From Blepharisma stoltei ATCC 30299 (Eukaryota > Protista > Ciliophora): a stretch of 64,000 nucleotides of DNA. The translations under genes were made by a program, and so were the position numbers. Below are positions 37,495 to 50,676 of this stretch, piece by piece. Below the pieces are notes generated by a model. That model was not told the DNA's origin. It saw only the letters and a program-made list of their open reading frames with translations, and did no database searches. How positions within the stretch are numbered: position 1 is the stretch's first letter; each line of letters opens with the position of its first letter. The stretch covers positions 620,001 through 684,000 of the forward strand of contig CBFDEM010000005.1 in assembly GCA_965603825.1 (NCBI GenBank), in the 5' to 3' direction.

Positions 37495-38832
37495 ATGGAA
37501 TATGAAAGATCTCTATTCAGGATCTACGATATAGCTCTCAACAACCCAAGATTCATCCTCTTTATCAAAATTTTTTCAATTTTCTGTATTTCCTTATCAA
37601 TTTTCAATCTCACACTTTTCCTAATTTTCCATTGTCTTTACATAAACAATGGAGAAGCATTAGCTGATGCTTTTTCTTCCCAGCTGCTTTCAGGATGCGG
37701 AATTTATCAATCTCCTGAGCTGAATTTGACTCTACCTCTTGAAGATGAATGTCTCTATATCAATAACTCAACAGTCCTTTTGCCTGAAGACATTTACCAT
37801 ATTTCAGTCAATTCTTTGACATATGAATTTTCTATGATGACAGAGTCCTTGTATTTTCCTGAAGAATTAGTGAAAAGAAAAAATTTTACAGTCCATAATA
37901 TTACTGCTAATGAATTAGTATCTGATTCTTTATGAATAATTTCACTTGCAGTTAATGAAATTGATACAGTAATGATTAATCAACTAAAGACTGTCTTTCA
38001 TAGCAATGGAATGCTCAGAAACTTAAAAACAAAAGAAATCTGGATCTGGAGTGAAAGCCAAATAAAAGAAAAAGAAAATTTAGGATTTTTCGGAAAACTT
38101 CGCAATTTATGCAAAGCTTTCTTTTGATTCAGCATCGTTTCACTTATCACTGGGCTTACATGCAGATTTGCTATAATTGGGTCATCAGCTTTATTATTAG
38201 CAATTGTATCTCTCCCATGCATAAACAGAGTTCACCCTCAATGCTCACACATTGCTTATTTATCTTTTCCTTGAATAGGCGAGCCTGCTTATGCGCTCTC
38301 TCAAGCTCGTAAAAGCACTTTTAAGCTGCTTTTTTCTTTCTTTTTAATGCTTTTTGTCCTATATATGATGTATATTTGCACCTCAATACTCTGGACTTTC
38401 TATTTATTTGAAAATTGTTTCCCACAAGACATTGACGAAAGATTTTACAATTTAGTTTCTTTTGTTGAGTTTTTTTCATTGATTTTTACAAGAACAAAAA
38501 AATCTGTAGCTTATTACCCAAGATTTATATCATTTTTCCTCATTTCTTTCCTTTTATACAGATATAACTATTTTTATGGATTTTTGAATTTGGTATTTGC
38601 AATTGTTTCATCATTGTGTTTTGGGATAATGGGAATTATGATAGTGAAATGGGAAGTCCCAACAATGAATGATGGCCCAAGTTTTGCAAGCCCAAGATTA
38701 GTATATCAGATGGTCTTTAATGAGAGAAGGACTGGGCTAGCTGATTTATGGAGCATGTTTTATCCAGTTGAAGGAAGAGGATACTTTACTGACAGAGAAA
38801 TGGAAAGGATTTTTCCTCAACAAAATGTTTAA
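37495..38832 (+). CDS. Membralin (TMEM259)-like multi-pass membrane protein
   Basis: 'E.SLFRIY', 'DTVMINQL', 'GMLRN..TKEIW.W', 'FP[W]IG', 'EFFSLIF.RT..S..YYPR'; TGA at 37933, 38125, 38272. Confidence 0.65.
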
Positions 38833-38881
38833 TTAGTAATCAAATCGATAAATAGATAAAAAATGGAATAAATAATTATAA

Positions 38882-39454
38882 ATGAAAGCTATAGAAAGGA
38901 TTTCGGCAAGGTGATTTTCTGTAATAAAAGACTCGAGCAACGAAATTATTATTTATTGTGATGAAAATAATAATAAAATAGGAGAATGCACAAGAAAATA
39001 TATGAGGGATCATCGATTAAGGTTCAGAAAATCATTTGTGTTTGTAAGAAACAAAGAGTAAAAATAATATAGAAACCTATTTTATGTCCAAAAAAGAGTA
39101 AAATCTGCTTTTGTTTATCCTGAATTTTATGATCCAGCTCCAGGTGGAGTTGTTTTGGCTTCTGATAATAATGATGAGTACTGTGCGAAAAGAGAATTAG
39201 AGGAAGAAATGGGGATGAAAATTGATAAAGTTGGCTTTTTAATGAATTTTCTCTATAAAGGTCAATGGGAGTATTGATGTGCAACATTTTCTGCCCAGTG
39301 AGACCAGCCGATTATATTAGATCCTGATGAGGTTGATAGTGTCGAAATAATGAGCCTCGAAGAAATTTTAAGAAGGGAAAAAACTGAAAAATTTACTCCA
39401 GATAGCATGAAACTTTTGCATGAGCTAATCAAAAGAAATTTAATTCAGGAATAA
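38882..39454 (+). CDS. Nudix hydrolase (YfcD/IDI-like); absent from the ORF track
   Basis: 'CDENNNKIG...R..MR...L', 'YVQKR', 'YPEFYD...GGVV...CAKRELEEEMG' Nudix box, 'EVDS', 'FTPDS'; one intron, three TGA. Confidence 0.88.
39058..39072 (+). other. 15-nt intron
   Basis: GTAAAAATAATATAG; contains in-frame TAA; removal gives FVRNKENLFYVQKR. Confidence 0.88.
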
Positions 39455-39502
39455 AATTATTTACATAAAATAAAAACTCTTGCGTTTTCCTTTAGATTAC
39501 AT

Positions 39503-40393
39503 TTATATAAAAGAGCTCGATCCTAATCTGCTTCTTATATGAGTTCTATTTAACTTCGTCTGCGAATTATTATGTTTAGCCATTCTTGAAATTTTAGGTA
39601 AAAACTCATTGATTTTTTCACATGAAATCGCTAAAACTGGAGGTTTTTTTGTGAGAACTTGCTTTGATGAAATATTTTGGATGCTGAATGATTTTGATAA
39701 TTTTTTATTTTGTTTGCGCGCCTGAGAAGAAAATAATAAAATTTTTGAATCTAAAATAGGCACTCTTGATATATCTTCTGGGATTACAGCACATTCAAGA
39801 AAGGTTTCAGCTCATATTTTGTCTATTTCATCTTTTAAATATACGACTTCAATATTGACTACACTGCAACTTCTATTTTTTTCTATAGCGTGGATTATGT
39901 TTACTGTATAGATCATAAATACTTTTTCTTGTTCTATGTCATCTAAAGGCTGCTTTTTATTATTTTCTAGCTTATAAGGATAAGACTTATAGTGGTTTTC
40001 TGTATATTCAAGCCGGTGGGTAAATAAGGATTTTTTTCCTTCCCGACAACCCTGAATAGCAGTATATCGAGAAATTTCAGAAGTGATTTCATATAGAAAA
40101 AAAGTTTCATTAAGCATTATTGGTAATTGATTAGGCTCAAAAGCTTTTGAAAAATCAATAAATCTTGGGAATCTTGAAAGCTGGTGAAATTTCCTGAAAA
40201 TGGAGAGAATTATTTGCTCTGAAATTTGCGTATGGTTATAGTGCATGATTCTCCCATTAGTATCAGTATATATAATTTTGAATGGTAAGCTATCACGTAG
40301 AAGCAGCAATGGCGGGATGTTTATGCAAGAAACCAAACTAGGATTTCTCGAATATAGAGAGTCAAATGCCCATGTCCAAGGCTTTTGTTCCAT
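39503..40393 (-). CDS. Hypothetical protein
   Basis: Two same-frame ORFs joined by TGA 39812; ends TAA. Confidence 0.6.
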
Positions 40394-40457
40394 TATTTAA
40401 AATTAAATAAGGTTTTAGAAAAAAACACTTCAATTATAATTTACTCGATAAAATTAT

Positions 40458-41411
40458 TTACAAATTTCCTGAAATTTGCTCGGTTCCTTCTATAATCAAT
40501 CTTTTCAAATCAAGCAAATCTCTTGCTTTATAATAAATCGGCTGATAATCCGACAACACAAGTTCGCTTTCCAAAATTTCATTTAAATTTCAATCTCTAA
40601 TCAAATTTTTATTGTCCACTACATATTGGAATTCAGAGGATGAGCCTAAATAGCCAGATCCTAGAAAGCTGTCTCCTAGAACCCCGAATTCTACAGCATA
40701 AAAGTAAATTTTTGATAATTTTTCAATCACCTCATCACTTGCTCCAAGGGATTTTTTTCCGATAGTTTCATTTAATTGTGCGAAATCTTCATTAGCAAAC
40801 ATTGGCACATGGCCCATGAATTCGTGTACGACGTCAGGCTCGGGTGTATAAAAAGGGACTGATTTATGCCTTATGTATCGTGTACAAAAAAATACTCTAT
40901 AAGCAAGCCCATATAAAAATGACCTTGGATTTATCATTCCCCCGACAGGAACTAATTTGAATTTGGACTTTCCAGAAATAAATTTGTTTACCTGAGAAAA
41001 TTGAGGAATTTTTAGAGGAGAATAGATGTTTAAGTCTTCTAACTCTTTAAGGATTTCTCTGTGTTCTTTGCAAGCGTGCTTATGGTGCAGATCTCGTAAT
41101 CTGGTATAAAGCATATTTCAAGTTTCTGTAGCATCAGCTGGATAATCGACATCTGGAGGATCAATTTTTACTGATCCAGGATAACTTCTTACTTCTCGGC
41201 ACCAAGACATGTATTTTTCGTCGTCATATCCTGGATACGAATTTCCAAGTTTTCCTACAAAATCGATGCAAGTTTTATCCACAAGATCAAGCTCGTCTTC
41301 AACTTTTGGAAACCAAATATCTGACTGAACTGAACCAAATTCTCTTGAATTTTTCTTTATTATCGATAATGCCCGCAGAAGAGGTTTTTTGAGGAATGAA
41401 TTAGAAATCAT
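40458..41411 (-). CDS. Biopterin-dependent aromatic amino acid hydroxylase (catalytic domain only)
   Basis: 'WFP.....LD', 'PGY.D..Y', 'T[W]..LY', 'HAC', 'F.CTRYIRH...PFYTPEPDVVHEFMGHVPMFA', 'VEFG', 'YQPIY'; TGA at 41118 and 40590. Confidence 0.92.
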
Positions 41412-42134
41412 TGGAGAGGATTATATGAATAATTGATAAATTTTAATTAAGGAATAATGAGAAACAATAATAATTTTATCAGCTATAAAATTTGTCGTTG
41501 GAATATGATATTATGTCCACATTTTTATTGTTGAAAAATAATTCTCAATGAGATGCTACTGCTTTCACTACTAAATAACTCATACTTTTTAAATGAAACA
41601 CCAAAAATATATATTTAATAAGTTATCTAAATAATTGGCAGATTTATATAAAAATATAAGAGAAATTGATAATAGTCATAATTTATTTATTTGTATCAAT
41701 ATCATAATTTTAATAACTCTGAGATTAAATTCAAATTAAATTTAATACTTTGATTCAATAGTTATTTTCCTTTATCGTATCAAGATTTCATATCAAATCA
41801 TTAATGTCTCTTATATTTTATTATAGTGTTTTAATTTTTAGAGATCTTCATTTATAAGAGACTGCATATAAAGCATTTCTTGGGTTAAATATTAAAACTA
41901 AGATAATATTATCACACAAAGATCAATATATATTTTTTGCAAATATTTCAGCAAACTCTTGTATAATCAAATTAAAATCGCAAAATTCTCTATTCCTAAA
42001 AACAATGAAGGATTTTATATATTTGATAAATTATCTTGTTAATCCTTAAATAATGCAGCCTATTCTCTTTGATATCAAACAAATTCTGTAGTCCAACGTG
42101 ATTTTGATGATATCATCATCTCAATATAAATTAA

Positions 42135-45100
42135 ATGGGAGACTCAACTCGTATTCTTCAAAGTCTTAAAAGTAAATCCATTGACATTCGCCTTACATCC
42201 CTAACGAAATTAGTTGAGCAAATCGAAGACACTCAAGATATTTCAGCAGAATTAATCACAGGCTTAAAAAAAGTTGTCACATCTAGTGATACAATTGAAA
42301 AAGCGACAGGTCTTTCAACTCTCATAAGTATTTGTTCAGTCACTAACGAAACAAATTTAAATAATCTTGCATTTCATTTCCTACAACTAGTTTCACTAAA
42401 AAACATCCTCTCCAAAGAAGACGAAATAATTAATCTAGCAAGTCAAGCTTTAGGTGAACTTGTAAGCTCTCCATCTACAACCACTTTTGAGCTGGCTGAT
42501 GAAGAGTTTCGATATGCTCTTAACACTTTAAAAGTCGATACAAGCAAAGATGGTTTCCCTCGCTATGCAGCTTGTTGCGAAATTAAAGCAATTGCCCAAA
42601 AATTACCTATGCTTTTTGCGGTTTATTTGGGTGAATTTTTAGGGTCTATGTGGAATGCAGTTAGAGATCAAAAAGACTATATAAGAGAAATCGGTGTCTT
42701 AACCTTTGCATTGAGTCTAAAACAAATAGAATCTCGAGAAGATTTATTCGAAAAAGTTTTAGTTGAGTGCCTTAGAGGGATAACTCCAGACAGCCCAGCA
42801 GCAACTGTTCATGGCTCTATTTTAACCCTTCATCAAATGGTCGAAAAAGCTGAAAAATTAATTTTCCCAAAATTCCGAGAAGCCTGTGACGCAATTATAA
42901 AAATAAGAGACCATAAAAATCTCATTGTAAAGCAAGCTGTCATTGATATAATCCCAGTCCTCACAAATTTTATATTGAATCATGCACATAGCGAAATGGA
43001 ATATGCCTTGCTTTTTCTTGAGTATATTTTTAAAGCTGTAGGAAGTATTGGAAAAGAAAACAAAGGAGAAGTGCTCAGCATATTGGGAAAAATGACTATG
43101 CTATTAGGGAGAAATATTATAGGATCTATGCAGCAGATAGTAGGATTAGTAAATCATGAACTTAAAAAAAAGCCAATTTTGTCTGGAGTTTTTGATATAT
43201 TAAAAGGTGTAACTAAAACGCTAGGCCCAAAGCTTGTTGACCATTTTGAGTTGAATTTATTAATTTCTAATGTTTTCAACAGCGATGTCGAACTCAATGT
43301 AAACTTGCTTGATTTCTTAAGCGAATTAGCCATTGCTGTATTAAAATCCCCAGACCACAAAACTAAGACTATTGTATATACGATTTGTGATAGGCTGTTA
43401 GGCATGATTTTTTCTATATTAAACCAAAGGGTAGAAAAAAATTATACGCTGCCTAGGAATGAGATGTCTTCTATTACTTCTACCAATTCTGAATTTAATT
43501 TTTCGGAAGCGTTTCTGACACCGATACAGCAGCTATTTGCTCCTGCGAACAGTATTCATATGAATAACATCTGCTATGAATGTGAAGACCATAAATCAAA
43601 AATTTCTATTGTTTTAGCTCTTTTTGCTTTATCAAATTTTGATTTTCATAATACTTTTTCATTGGGATTCCTAGTACAATCTTGTGTTTTACCTTACTTA
43701 GAAAGCCCATGTACAATTATCAGGCAATATGCAGTCATCACTACTTGTGCTCTTACAAAGTGCCCAAAAGCCATTAACTTAGGTGGAGTCCTCCGTAATG
43801 AGCTATATAATACAGTAGAGCGCCTATTAAATGTAGCATTGACAGATCAAAGCGATTTAGTCCGCTGCACACTTTTTAAGCACTTAAAAGAAGATTTTTT
43901 CCAATTTTTAGCATTAGAAAGCAATTTATCAAAGCTAATGATTGCAGTGAATGATAAAAGTATCCAAGTTAGGGTTGTCTGTGTAAAACTTCTAGGAAAG
44001 CTGGTGGGGTATAATAGTTCTTTTATTTTACCTTGCTTAACACAGCTATTAAGCCAATATTTAAACGAGCTGCAAGTATCAGGAAGAATGAAGCAGCAAC
44101 AAGATGCTGCTGTTTTGCTTAGAGCATTGATAAAAAATACTCGTCAATTGCTATCACCAAATCTAGCTAATATTATCGACATCTATATACAGATCCTAAA
44201 AAATTCCCAGCATGCACCATTAGTCTATCAAGCTTTGCGTGGGATTTCTGCTTGTGCAGAAGTCTGCAAACAGCAGCTCAGGCCATTTTTCAATGTAATT
44301 TACCCTTGTTTAATAGATAATATTAAAGATACCACAACATTGAAAAGAAAAGGAGCCTTGGTTGCAATTTCTGATGTAGTCACATATTCTACAAGGGCAA
44401 TAGAGCCTTATCTGAAATTTGAGTCTTTATTAGATACTTTGCTTGAAGTCATAAAAACTGAAGAAAGGATAGAAATCAGAAAACTCGCAGAAAAAGCTCT
44501 AGGCAAACTAGGAGCCCTTGACCCTGTGAAGTATAAAGAGCTAGAAAAAAGGACACACTCTGGGCTAAAATCACATAAAAATAACCCAGTAGAAAAGCAC
44601 TTAAGAGAGCTCCATCAGAAATCATTAGAATTAACACCCTCACACAATATTTATTACCCATTAGTCGCCTTAAAAGCATTAATGAGCATTCTCTACGGTA
44701 TAAGCTCTTTAAACCACGAGCATATAGAGCAAATCTTGCAAGCAAGCTACAACATTTTTAGATGCTACACTAGACAAATAAGTTCTTTATTAGAAAATAT
44801 CATTCCTATCTTAGTTCACGTTAGCAAACAAGTAGAAAGTCCTTCTAAAGAAAGATTTATCAGTACTTTTAGAAAAATCACATCAGTTGTAGGTGATGAC
44901 ATCAATGATTGTGTATTAGAAATAACCAAAGTAATTGACTTATCAGTCTCCTCTCCAAACCTTCTTCATGAAATGCTTGAATTACTGAGAGAGCTTGCAA
45001 GCCATTCTTGCTATGAAACCATGACTTCTTTTCCTTTGCTGCTTAACAACTGTATCAATATTCTCAATACTTCAGCAGATGAGCAGCTTATAGTGAAAAC

Positions 45101-48100
45101 TCTTAGCTTTTTTGAATGTCTTAGAGGGAAAATCGACCAATATTTATACATAACAATTCCTGCACTGTTAAAACTAGTTCAAGATCACCCAAGTACGAAA
45201 ATAAGAAAACACGCCATTAAAGTAATTGCAGAACTATGTGATAAAGGGACTCACCCGCATATAGTAGACTATATTTCTTTTATAATTGACGGATTATTAA
45301 ATGTAGTTAGAACTGACAACAATGAAGTCATTCCTGATATTTTTGACGCTTTTACAGGTCTAGTTGCTTCTTTAGGATCATTATTTGCAGTTTATATCCC
45401 TGCTGTACAAAGACTTATGATGAGCAAAAAAATTTCCCACAAAAGGTACGAAAATGCTGTTCAAGATTTAATAGCTGGAAGTGACCAAATAGAAAATCCT
45501 TTCAGAAGACCCCGCATGTCACTTATATCAGAGCCTGAAAGATCATCAACTATAAGTGAAGGCCGCGAAGCCCGTGCAACGACTACATTTGGTCCTTATA
45601 AGCATGAAGTTAATGTTTCTCAGCTTTTAAATGTATGTGAAACTTATGATCGCCACACAAAGGAAGAATGAAAAGACTGGATGAGGAGATTTTCTAACGA
45701 ATTGTTAAAGCAAGCACCTGCACCTGCATTAAGAGAGTGTCAGGTCATTGAAGAGTACCCAAATTCATTGGAATTGTTTAATGCAGCTTTTGTGTCGTGC
45801 TGGAGTGATTTATATGATGAAGATAAAAATATGATGATAAAAAACCTAGAAAATGCTTTTGACTCACAGACAATTCCGACTGAGGTTTTGCAGGTGTTGC
45901 TAAACTTGGCTGAGTTTATGGAACATGATGATCATAAATTATTTGATGCGAGAACGTTAGGAAAACTAGCTTATAAGTGTAAAGCGTATGCAAAAGCTTT
46001 GCATTATAAAGAAGTTGAATTTTATACGTCTGCACCACATACAGAAATTATAGAAAATTTGATAGCGTTGAATAACTTATTGCATCAGCATGAAGCAGCA
46101 TATGGTATAAGAGTTTTTGCTAAGAGAAAAGGATGGGAAAATTTAAACCAAGCACTTTTCCAAGAATTTCATCGATGGCAAGATGCAGAAGATTTGCATG
46201 AATTAATTAACGAAAAATTAATTACAGATCCAGACCAAGCAAATTCTGAAGAAACTACAGTCATTCGAATGAAATGCCTCAAAGCACTTTCTGATTGGGG
46301 AAAACTAATGTCTCTAGGAGAAATCAAGTGAAATTCTATTGGAAACAATGAAAGTTTCAAAAAAGAAGTAGCAAGCTATGCAGCAGCTGCTGCTTGGAAT
46401 CTCGGCAAGTGGGAAGAGCTAGAAAAATACACAAAGGAGATGGACCAAAATATTTTTGAACAAAATTTTTACCGTGCAATATTATCAATCCACGATAACA
46501 ATTTAACTCAAAGCAAAAAAATTCTTGATAAAGCTTGGGACATTGTTGATGCAAAATTGCCAGGGCTTTTAAGAGAAAGCTATATCAGAGCCTACCCAGT
46601 TGTCATAGAAACCCAGCAGTTATGTGATCTAGAAGAAGTCATTCACTATAAAGGGTATGAAGAAACTGCTGAAAAGCGTGATGAAATTCTGCAATTATGG
46701 AACTGCAGATTAGCTGGCTGTCAGCCGTCTATTGATATCTGGGAAAAATTCTTCTCATTCAGGCCTTTATTAGTGTGCCCAGAAGAAGATTTAGACACTT
46801 GGATACAGTTCGCTGAATTGTGTATGAAAAATGGCCAAATGAGACTAGCTGGAGATACACTAGAAACTTTACTGCTGAGAGCTGTTAGTGACCCAAGAGC
46901 TGGAAATTCTAGTAAAATTTATTATGAAATCACAGGAAATGAAGAATTGCACCCAGCTTCAGTATGCTTTGTATATCTAAAATATTTATACTCACAAGGA
47001 CCTAAGCATAAGTCTCTGGAATATTTGCACAAATTTGTAGAGGAGCAAGAAACCATGAAAGCTAATGGGACAGCTCTTTGCAAATATTATTTACAGCTCG
47101 CAAAATGGCAAAAAGATTGCTATGCAGAAGGATTTTCTCAAGAAAACATGGATAAAGTACTGAGGAGTATTAAAACAGCTACACAATACGACATGAAATC
47201 TTACAAAGCATGGCACAAATGGGGAATCATGAACTTCTCAGTCTTAAGCCATTTTGAAAGACCATCGCGAGGAGAAGTCATTAGTAAAGAGACAATGGAT
47301 CCATACATAAACAGCGCTCTTGAAGGCTTTATTCACTCTATAGAAATGGAATACAGCTTAACAGCCAGTCACAAGTTGCAAAATTTATTGAGACTAATTA
47401 CACTTTGGTTTAAATATGGAAATCAAGAAAAAGTTTCTGAAAAATTAAAATCAAGCTTTGATTTATTAAATGTAGAAGTTTGGCTGCAAGTGATTCCACA
47501 AATTATTGCAAGAGCTTCGACACCTGATCCTGTGCTGAGAGGCTTAATTGTAGATTTGTTGAAAAAAATAGCGAAATATCACCCTCATGCTTTGCTATAT
47601 GCCCTAACTATGGCAATAAGGACTACAAGCGAAGAGAGAATTCAAGTGGCGAATTTGGTATTAAATGTAATGAGAGAGTATCATCAGACTATTGTTGGAG
47701 ATACCTTACTTGTGGCTGATGAACTAATCCGCTGCTCTGTCTTATGGAAAGAAGCCTGGCACGAAGCTATTTCTGATGCATCTCAACTCTATTTCGGAAG
47801 CAAAGATATAAATGGGATGATATCTTTATTAAAGCCTCTTCACGAAACTCTTAATCAAGGCCCAAAAACTATGAATGAAGTCGGATTCTACCAAGCATTT
47901 TCTGCAGATCTCTCTGAAGCTGAATTCTGACTAACTCGTTACGAAGAAACCAAAAAAGAAATAAATCTACAGCAAGCCTGAAATATTTACTATTCCGTCT
48001 ATTTGAAACTTCACCGTGTTAATATGAAAGAAGTTGAAATAGAAAACGTCTCTCCACGCCTTTCTGAAGCTAGAAATCTTAATGCTGCTATCCCGGGAAT

Positions 48101-49259
48101 TTATAGAAGCGATAAGCCAGTCATAACTATCCAGAAGTTTGAAAAAACCCTTAGAGTTTTTCCTACAAAGCAGCATCCCCGTAGACTATCAATGATAGGA
48201 GGAAACGGCAAAGAGTATCAATTTCTGCTCAAAGGGCATGAAGATATAAGACAGGATGAAAGAGCCATGCAGCTGTTTGGACTTGTCAACGATTTACTGT
48301 CAGCAGATAGAAGAACTAATGGGAAAGATTTAATGATTAGAAGATACGCAGTTGTCCCATTAAGCCCAACTTGCGGGCTTATTGGATGGGTACATGGTTG
48401 TGACACCTTAAACCAATTGATCCAAGATTACCGACAAAGAAAAAGAATAGAAACCTATGTAGAAAGAGACCTAATCAAAGGAATGTACACAAAATACGAG
48501 CAATTACCACTAATCAATAAAATCGAAATTTTCGAATACGCCATGTCACAAACGAAAGGAGAAGATCTACAAAAAATTTTATGGTCAAAGTCACCTACAA
48601 GTGAAATTTGGCTTGAAAGAAGGACAAATTATACAAGGTCTCTTGCCACTATGTCAATGGTAGGCTACATTTTGGGTCTAGGTGACAGACATCCTTCTAA
48701 TATTATGCTAGACAGGTATACAGGCAAAATCGTACACATTGATTTTGGAGACTGCTTTGAGGTTGCTATGAAAAGAGAAAGGTGTCCTGAATTGGTGCCA
48801 TTTAGGCTTACAAGAATGCTTGTAAATGCTATGGAAATTTCAGGAATAGAAGGAAACTTTAGAAATACTTGTGAGCAAGTTATGACGGTTTTAAGGCAAA
48901 ATAGAGACTCTCTTATGGCTATGCTTGAAGTCTTCTTATATGAGCCATTAGTTAGCTGGCGAATTATTGCCCAAGAGAAAGCCAGGCCTAGCCATGCTGA
49001 AGAAGGAGACGTAGTCAACGCTTCGATGCCTGATGAAAAAGACTTACAAAGAAACATCAGCGGAGAGCTAGAAATGACTGATTTATTGAACGAAAAAGCA
49101 ATAGAAGTCATAGACAGGGTTTTAGAAAAATTAACAGGGAATGACTTTTCTGACTCAAAAGAACTGTCAATTCAGGACCAAGTCGACAGGCTCATAAAAG
49201 AAGCAAGATCCATTAAGAATTTATCACAAAGTTATATAGGATGGTGCCCATTCTGGTAA
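42135..49259 (+). CDS. TOR: Target of rapamycin kinase (HEAT-FAT-FRB-PIKK-FATC), about 2374 aa
   Basis: 'LGALDP', 'LLNLAEFMEH', 'YAKALHYKE', FRB 'WKEAWHEAISDASQLYF', 'LKGHEDIRQDER', 'GLGDRHPSN', 'HIDFGDCFE', terminal 'YIGWCPFW'; TGA at 45669, 46329, 47928, 47979. Confidence 0.97.
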
Positions 49260-49408
49260 TAGATAAATTATTTAAATTCAAAAATTGCTGTTATGGACTG
49301 TACTCTTGGTTGCATCATAAGGTGCACAAGTACGTAGAAGATTAAAATTAAGGATACATGAACTAAGTGCAATTGTTTCTAATTGTCCCAATTTAAAGAG
49401 CAAGCATA

Positions 49409-49993
49409 TTAACGATATCTATGTGGTGAGGACCTTTCATCTGACTTTGGGCTTCTTCTTGGGTTTTCTCTTCTGTACTCGTCTTTATCACGATAGTTGT
49501 CCCTTTCGCGGTCTCTATAGCTTTCTCTATAGTTATCTCTGTGGTTTTCTCTATAATTATCTCTTTCTCTGTCTCTATAAGAGTTTCTGTCTCTATAGTT
49601 AGTTCTGTCTCTGTCACGGTATCTCTCGCTGTCTCTGTCTCTGTAAGGACTTCTTCTTGGGCCGTTACTGGCATACTTACCTGGTGTCGATTTATGGCCG
49701 CTTGATCTTTTGGCCTTTTCGACTCTCAGTTCGCGGCCATCGACTGTTTTATTATTCATTTCTTTTATAGCTTCTTCGGCGTTATCTATGCTTTCAAAGG
49801 AAACAAATCCAAAACCACGAGACTTATTGGTTTTTTGATCTTTCACAATTTTACATTGGGTGATCTTTCCGAACTTGGAAAAAGCCTCTTCTAGGTCACT
49901 TTCACGGGTGCTGTAGCTGATATTTGTGACGTAAAGGTTTTTCCCTGAGTCGTTGGCATCAGGGCTGCGTGAGCGGCTTCTTTCCTCCTCCAT
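49409..49993 (-). CDS. Single-RRM SR-like protein (Tra2/SR45a-like)
   Basis: 'RSRSRSP', RNP2 'NLYVTNI', RNP1 'RGFGFVSF', 'VEKAKR...H.STPGKY', RD/RE-repeat tail. Confidence 0.85.
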   Translation of the reverse strand: MEEERSRSRSPDANDSGKNLYVTNISYSTRESDLEEAFSKFGKITQCKIVKDQKTNKSRGFGFVSFESIDNAEEAIKEMNNKTVDGRELRVEKAKRSSGHKSTPGKYASNGPRRSPYRDRDSERYRDRDRTNYRDRNSYRDRERDNYRENHRDNYRESYRDRERDNYRDKDEYRRENPRRSPKSDERSSPHRYR

Positions 49994-50073
49994 TTCCAAA
50001 TTATTATAATGATGACAGAATCGTGAATGAAATGGTGGTTGGATAATAGAATTTTGCCCTTGAATAAATAGAA

Positions 50074-50676
50074 ATGATAAGGGAATTATTTGAACAAGAT
50101 ACCTTTGAAGAGCAATTTGAAATAATTGATGTAGAATTGTGTGGAGAAAAATACAGGATAAGAGAATTTAATTTTCATCCACTAAATGCAAATAAAGTTT
50201 GGCCTGGTAATACAGTTTTTGCGGGGTGGCTGCTGGGAAATTTAGAAGAGTTAAAAAATAAAAAAATTATAGAGCTGGGTGCTGGAAGTGGAATTTTAAG
50301 CATTTTTTTAGCAAAACATGGGATTGATATCACAACAAGCGATTATAATGACACAGAAATCCCTGTAAATATTGCGTATAATTGCAATTTAAATGGGATA
50401 TCAGTTATTCCTCATATATCTCATTCTTGAGGGGAAAGTATTGACTTTTCAGTTGATTTTGATATTGTGGTCGCTTCAGATATTTTACTTTATGTTAAAC
50501 AGTATGGAAATCTTATAGAAACGCTTAAAAAGTTACTTGAAAAGCCACAGTCAAAATTCTGGCTAAGTAATCGGAGGAGGATTGACACAGAATCATCATT
50601 TTTAGATATGTGCACAGCAAGTGGGCTAAGTGTACAAAACATAGGACCTAAAGTATTTGAAATTAAATTAAACTAA
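50074..50676 (+). CDS. Methyltransf_16-family (METTL21/23-like) protein methyltransferase
   Basis: 'KVWPG....A.WL', 'IIELGAGSG', 'TSDY', 'HS[TGA]G' = WG motif, 'FDIVVASDILLY'. Confidence 0.85.

Noticed and set aside
49300-49333. Stem-loop between the TOR and RRM gene 3' ends
   Set aside because: A single imperfect hairpin; no complete H/ACA or SECIS architecture recognised.
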